Shown here: piece by piece, positions 61,682 to 64,000 of the stretch
Numbering within the stretch: position 1 is the stretch's first letter
Layout of the letters: each line of letters starts with the position of its first letter
Assembly (NCBI GenBank): GCA_964016885.1
Contig: OZ024740.1
Span: 137,206,001-137,270,000, forward strand
Direction: 5' to 3'
From: Eledone cirrhosa
Lineage: Eukaryota
Length of the DNA stretch: 64,000 bases
Notes under the pieces: generated by a model
Seen by the model: only the letters and a program-made list of their open reading frames with translations
Told to the model about the DNA's origin: nothing
Database searches by the model: none
Program-made: the position numbers and the translations under genes

Positions 61682-64000
61682 CAATCTCCAATTCTCTCTT
61701 TCTCTTATCACTTTTCTCTCAATCTCAATACTCTCTTTCTCTTATCACTTTTCTCTCAATCTCCAATTCTCTCTTTCTCTTATCCATTTTCTCTCAATCT
61801 GCAATTCTCTCTTTCTTTTCTCACTTTTCCCCCAATCTCCAATTCTCTCTTTCTCTTCACACTTTCCCCCCAATCTCCAATTCTCTCTTTCTCTTCACAC
61901 TTTTCCCCCAATCTCCAATTCTCTCTTTCTCTTCTCACTTTTCTCTCAATCTCCAATTCTCTCTTTCTCTTATCACTTTTCTCTCAATCTCCAATTCTTT
62001 CTTTCTCTTATCACTTTTCTCTCAATCTCCAACTCTCTCTTTCTCTTATCCCTTTTCTCTCAATCTCCAATTCTCTCTTTCACTTCTCACTTTTCTCTCA
62101 ATCTCCAATCCTCTCTTTCTGTTCTCAGTTTTCCCCCAATCTCCAATTCTCTATTTCTCTTAGCACTTTTCTCTCAATCCCCCATTCTCTCTCTCTCTTA
62201 TCACTTTTCTCTCAATCTCCAATTCTCTCTTTCTCTTATCACTTTTCTCTCAAACTCCAATTCTCTCTTTCTCTCATTACATTTCTCTCAATCTCCAATT
62301 CTCTCTTTCTCTTATCAGTTTTCTCTCAATCTCCAATTCTCTCTTTCTCTTCTCACTTTTCCCCCAATCTCCAATTCTCTCTTTCTCTTATCACTTTTCT
62401 CTCAATCTCCAATTCTCTCTTTCTCTTATCACTTTTCTCTCAATCTCCAACTCTCTCTTTCTCTTATCCCTTTTCTCTCAATCTCCAATTCTCTCTTTCT
62501 CTTATCACTTTTCTCTCAATCTCCAATTCTCTCTTTCTCTTCACACTTTTCCCCCAATCTCCAATTCTCTCATTCTCTTCTCACTTTTCTCTCAATCTCC
62601 AATCCTCTCTTTCTGTTCTCACTTTTCTCTCAATCTCCAATTCTCTCTTTCTCTTATCACTTTTCTCTCAATCTCCAATTCTCTCTTTCTCTTATCACTT
62701 TTCTCTCAATCTCCAATTCTCTCTTTCTCTTATCAGTTTTCTCTCAATCTGCAATTCTCTCTTTCTCTTATCACTTTTCTCTCAATCTCCAATTCTCTCT
62801 TTCTCTTCTCACTTTTCCCCTAATCTCCAAATCTCTCTTTCTCTTATCACTTTTCTCTCAATCTCCCATTCTCTCTCTCTCTTATCACTTTTCTCTCAAT
62901 CTCCAATTCTCTCTTTCTCTTATCCATTTTCTCTCAATCTGCAATTCTCTCTTTCTTTTCTCACTTTTCCCCCAATCTCCAATTCTCTCTTTCTCTTCAC
63001 ACTTTTCCCCCAATCTCCAATTCTCTCATTCTCTTCTCACTTTTCTCTCAATCTCCAATCCTCTCTTTCTGTTCTCACTTTTCTCTCAATCTCCAATTCT
63101 CTCTTTCTCTTATCACTTTTCTCTCAATCTCCAATTCTCTCTTTCTCTTATCACTTTTCTCTCAATCTCCAATTCTCTCTTTCTCTTATCAGTTTTCTCT
63201 CAATCTGCAATTCTCTCTTTCTCTTATCACTTTTCTCTCAATCTCCAATTCTCTCTTTCTCTTCTCACTTTTCCCCTAATCTCCAAATCTCTCTTTCTCT
63301 TATCACTTTTCTCTCAATCTCCAATTCTCTCTTTCTCTTATCACTTTTCTCTCAATCTCCAATTCTCTCTTTCTCTCATCCATTTTCTCTCAATCTGCAA
63401 TTCTCTCTTTCTTTTCTCACTTTTCTCTCAATCTCCAATTCTCTCTTTCTCTTCACACTTTTCCCCTAATCTCCAATTCTCTCATTCTCTTCACACTTTT
63501 CCCCCAATCTCCAATTCTCTCTTTCTCTTCTCACTTTTCTCTCAATCTCCAATCCTCTCTTTCTGTTCTCAGTTTTCCCCCAATCTCCAATTCTCTATTT
63601 CTCTTAGCACTTTTCTCTCAATCCCCCATTCTCTCTCTCTCTCTTATCACTTTTCTCTCAATCTCCAATTCTCTCTTTCTCTTATCACTTTTCTCTCAAT
63701 CTCCAATTCTCTCTTTCTCTTATCAGTTTTCTCTCAATCTGCAATTCTCTCTTTCTCTTATCACTTTTCTCTCAATCTCCAATTCTCTCTTTCTCTTATC
63801 CATTTTCTCTCAATCTCCAATTCTCTCTTTCTCTTATCAGTTTTCTCTCAATCTGCAATTCTCTCTTTCTCTTATCACTTTTCTCTCAATCTCCAATTCT
63901 CTCTTTCTCTTCTCACTTTTCCCCTAATCTCCAATTCCCTCTTTCTCTTATCACTTTTCTCTCAATCTCCAATTCTCTCTTTCTCTTATCACTTTTCTCT

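Larger units (their letters stand above)
1..64000. repeat. 38-bp CT-rich/GA-rich tandem satellite array, about 1,680 monomers, head-to-tail, runs off both window edges
   Basis: TCCAATT starts at 1 and again at 39. The unit TCCAATTCTCTCTTTCTCTTATCACTTTTCTCTCAATC (reverse complement GATTGAGAGAAAAGTGATAAGAGAAAGAGAGAATTGGA) or a variant with a few changes is present on every line to 64000. Confidence 0.99.

Noticed and set aside
1-64000. CRISPR-like array (38 bp is within the CRISPR repeat size range)
   Set aside because: Units are directly abutting, with no unique spacers, no leader, no palindromic repeat and no cas genes.
1-64000. Embedded transposon, RNA gene, inversion or unique island hidden in the array
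   Set aside because: Reading through the window found no G-rich or purine-rich + strand segment and no stretch that could not be aligned to the monomer. A very short insertion could have been missed by eye.

Overview
The whole 64 kb is one uninterrupted, single-orientation tandem array (satellite DNA) of a 38-bp monomer. The + strand consensus is TCCAATTCTCTCTTTCTCTTATCACTTTTCTCTCAATC (19 T, 13 C, 6 A, 0 G; 84% pyrimidine), giving about 1,680 copies by length. Reading by eye I found no unique sequence, gene, RNA gene, transposon, CRISPR spacer or inversion. All ORFs in the track are artefacts of the repeat's composition. The informative signal is in the variant monomers. They fall into fixed-order cassettes and mark nested, locally changing higher-order repeats with periods of about 456, 494, 833, 1170-1240, 1558, 1633, 2809, 3115, 3694/4188 and 3850 bp. 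They also show block re-use at about 12 kb offsets and a traceable 38->53->39 bp monomer lineage produced by microhomology events. This is most consistent with eukaryotic heterochromatic, centromeric or subtelomeric satellite. I cannot name the organism or family, and I see no evidence for a new gene-based system. Offsets were counted manually from diagnostic variants, and block boundaries are approximate (within 1-2 monomers).
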